From assembly GCF_006345805.1 (NCBI RefSeq), contig NC_043009.1, forward strand, positions 69,192,001 to 69,256,000: a stretch of 64,000 nucleotides of DNA, in the 5' to 3' direction. Position 1 is the first letter of the stretch, and every line of letters begins with the position of its first letter. The notes below the pieces were generated by a model. It was given only the letters and a program-made list of their open reading frames with translations. It ran no database searches and was not told the DNA's origin. Positions 61,201 through 64,000 of the stretch are shown here, piece by piece. The position numbers were made by a program, and so were the translations under genes. Source of the stretch: Octopus sinensis (lineage: Eukaryota).

Positions 61201-62290
61201 AAGGCTCGAATCTTGTGAATTTTACGAGGTTCTGGTCGCCTTCTGGCAAGAGATTTTCTCCACAAATTTCTTAATAATTCTTATATATGCCATTTGAAAG
61301 GTGTCTGTTAAAACTTTTGTTGAAAACAAACTGCATTTTCCCAAAAGTTATGAGGGAAAGGCTCGAATCTTGTGAATTTTACGAGGTTCTGGTCGCCTTC
61401 TGGCAAGAGATTTTCTCCACAAATTTCTTAATAATTCTTATGTATGCCATTTGAAAGGTGTCTGTTAAAACTTTTGTTGAAAACAAACTGCATTTTCCCA
61501 AAAGTTATGAGGGAAAGGCTCGAATCTTGTGAATTTTACGAGGTTCTGGTCGCCTTCTGGCAAGAGATTTTCTCCACAAATTTCTAATAATTCTTATGTA
61601 TGCCATTTGAAAGGTGTCTGTTAAAACTTTTGTGTGAAAACAAACTGCATTTTCCCAAAAGTTATGAGGGAAAGGCTCGAATCTTGTGAATTTTACGAGG
61701 TTCTGGTCGCCTTCTGGCAAGAGATTTTCTCCACAAATTTCTTAATAATTCTTATGTATGCCATTTGAAAGGTGTCTGTTAAAACTTTTGTTGAAAACAA
61801 ACTGCATTTTCCCAAAAGTTATGAGGGAAAGGCTCGAATCTTGTGAATTTTACGAGGTTCTGGTCGCCTTCTGGCAAGAGATTTTCTCCACAAATTTCTT
61901 AATAATTCTTATGTATGCCATTTGAAAGGTGTGTTAAAACTTTTGTTGAAAACAACTGCATTTTCCCAAAAGTTATGAGGGAAAGGCTCGAATCTTGTGA
62001 ATTTTACGAGGTTCTGGTCGCCTTCTGGCAAAGATTTTCTCCACAAATTTCTTAATTCTATATCTATATTGCCATTTGAAAGGTGTCTGTTAAAACTTTT
62101 GTTGAAAACAAACTGCATTTTCCCAAAAGTTATGAGGGAAAGGCTCGAATCTTGTGAATTTTACGAGGTTCTGGTCGCCTTCTGGCAAGAGATTTTCTCC
62201 ACAAATTTCTTAATAATTCTTATGTATGCCATTTGAAAGGTGTCTGTTAAAACTTTTGTTGAAAACAAACTGCATTTTCCCAAAAGTTAT
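55246..62290. repeat. Satellite A, 157-bp monomer, about 45 copies
   Basis: GAGATTTTC recurs at 55253, 55410 and 55567. Confidence 0.98.
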
Positions 62291-64000
62291 GACGGAAACG
62301 CTCGGATCTTGTGAATTTCCAGAAATCATCTCCCCACCCTTTTCGGAAAAGACTGTCCCCATAAACTTCTAGGTAATCTGAATGTATGTCAAAAGAAATG
62401 CATTTCTATTAAATTTCACTAAAGAAAAACCAAATTTTCCTTAAAGATACGAGGGAAACGCTCAGATCTTGTGAATTTCCAGAAATCTTCTCCCCACCCT
62501 TTTTGGAAAAGACTGTCCCCATTAACTTCTAGGTAATCTGAATGTATGTCAAAAGAAATGCATTTCTATTAAATTTCATTAAAGAAAAACCAAATTTTCC
62601 TTAAAGATACGAGGGAAATGCTCGGATCTTGTGAATTTCCAGAAATCTTCTCCCCACCCTTTTTGGAAAAGACTGTCCCCATAAACTTCTAGGTAATCTG
62701 AATGTATGTCAAAAGAAATGCATTTCTATTAAATTTCATTAAAGAAAAACCAAATTTTCCTTAAAGATACGAGGGAAATGCTCGGATCTTGTGAATTTCC
62801 AGAAATCTTCTCCCCACCCTGTTTGGAAAAGACTGTCCCCATTAACTTCTAGGTAATCTGAATGTATGTCAAAAGAAATGCATTTCTATTAAATTTCATT
62901 AAAGAAAAACCAAATTTTCCTTAAAGATACGAGGGAAATGCTCGGATCTTGTGAATTTCTAGATATCATCTCCCCACCCCTTTTGGAAAAGACTGTCCCC
63001 ATAAACTTCTAGGTAATCTGAATGTATGTCAAAAGAAATGCATTTCTATTAAATTTCACTAAAGAAAAACCAAATTTTCCTTAAAGATACCAGGGAAATT
63101 CTCGGATCTTGTGAATTTCCAGAAATCATCTCCCCACCCTTTTTGGAAAAGACTGTCCCCATAAACTTCTAGGTAATCTGAATGTATGTCAAAAGAAATG
63201 CATTTCTATTAAATTTCATTAAAGAAAAACCAAATTTTCCTTAAAGATACGAGGGAAATGCTCGGATCTTGTGAATTTCCAGAAATCATCTCCCCACCCT
63301 TTTTGGAAAAGACTGTCCCCATAAACTTCTAGGTAATCTGAATGTATGTCAAAAGAAATGCATTTCTATTAAATTTCACTAAAGAAAAACCAAATTTTCC
63401 TTAAAGATACGAGGGAAACGCTCGGATCTTGTGAATTTCCAGAAATAATCTCCCCACCCTTTTTGGAAAAGACTGTCCCCATAAACTTCTAGGTAATCTG
63501 AATGTATGTCAAAAGAAATGCATTTCTATTAAATTTCACTAAAGAAAAACCAAATTTTCCTTAAAGATACGAGGGAAACGCTCGGATCTTGGGAATTTCC
63601 AGAAATCCTCTCCCCACCCTTTTTGGAAAAGACTGTCCCCATAAACTTCTAGGTAATCTGAATGTATGTCAAAAGGAATGCATTTCTATTAAATTTCATT
63701 AAAGAAAACCCCAATTTTCCTTAAAGATACGAGGGAAACGCTCAGATCTTGTGAATTTCCAGAAATCCTCTCCCCACCCTTTTTGGAAAAGACTGTCCCC
63801 ATAAACTTCTAGGTAATCTGAATGTATGTCAAAAGAAATGCATTTCTATTAAATTTCACTAAAGAAAACCCCAATTTTCCTTAAAGATACGAGGGAAACG
63901 CTCGGATCTTGTGAATTTCCAGAAATCCTCTCCCCACCCTTTTTGGAAAAGACTGTCCCCATAAACTTCTAGGTAATCTGAATGTATGTCAAAAGAAATG
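62291..64000. repeat. Satellite B, 160-bp monomer, about 11 copies to the window end
   Basis: GAGGGAAA recurs at 62451, 62611, 62771 and onward. Confidence 0.98.

Noticed and set aside
55985-62236. Many short repeated ORFs, or a CRISPR-like array
   Set aside because: Satellite monomers with no unique spacers, no cas genes, and a eukaryotic context.

Overview
Repeat-rich animal genomic DNA, most consistent with an octopus (coleoid cephalopod). This is inferred from the SINE/RTE families, the microsatellite load and the TGEKPYHCDICGKSF-type zinc fingers. The main result is missed by the ORF track because it is split into short exons: two tandem plus-strand avidin-family genes. Gene A shows only its last three exons (174-314, 1344-1469, 8049-8065). 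Gene B (about 20169-37140, about 11 coding exons by manual splicing) has a signal-peptide-like N-terminus, an unrecognised region of about 270 aa and a C-terminal avidin domain that keeps the canonical biotin-binding residues. Its N-terminal exons need about 7 single-base corrections, mostly in short homopolymers, so this is either an assembly error or decay. Downstream, two tandem minus-strand C2H2 zinc-finger genes (13 and 10 fingers) sit in a mosaic segmental duplication. A decayed Merlin/ISXO2 transposon follows, then two related satellites (157 bp and 160 bp) that switch inside a shared core. Also present: a 3.8 kb 16-bp minisatellite, Penelope-type hammerhead ribozyme motifs, mariner, hAT, piggyBac, RTE and Tx1 remnants, tRNA-derived SINEs, palindromic MITEs and a probably artefactual 1 kb duplication. 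All reconstructions were done by eye; no database searches were run.
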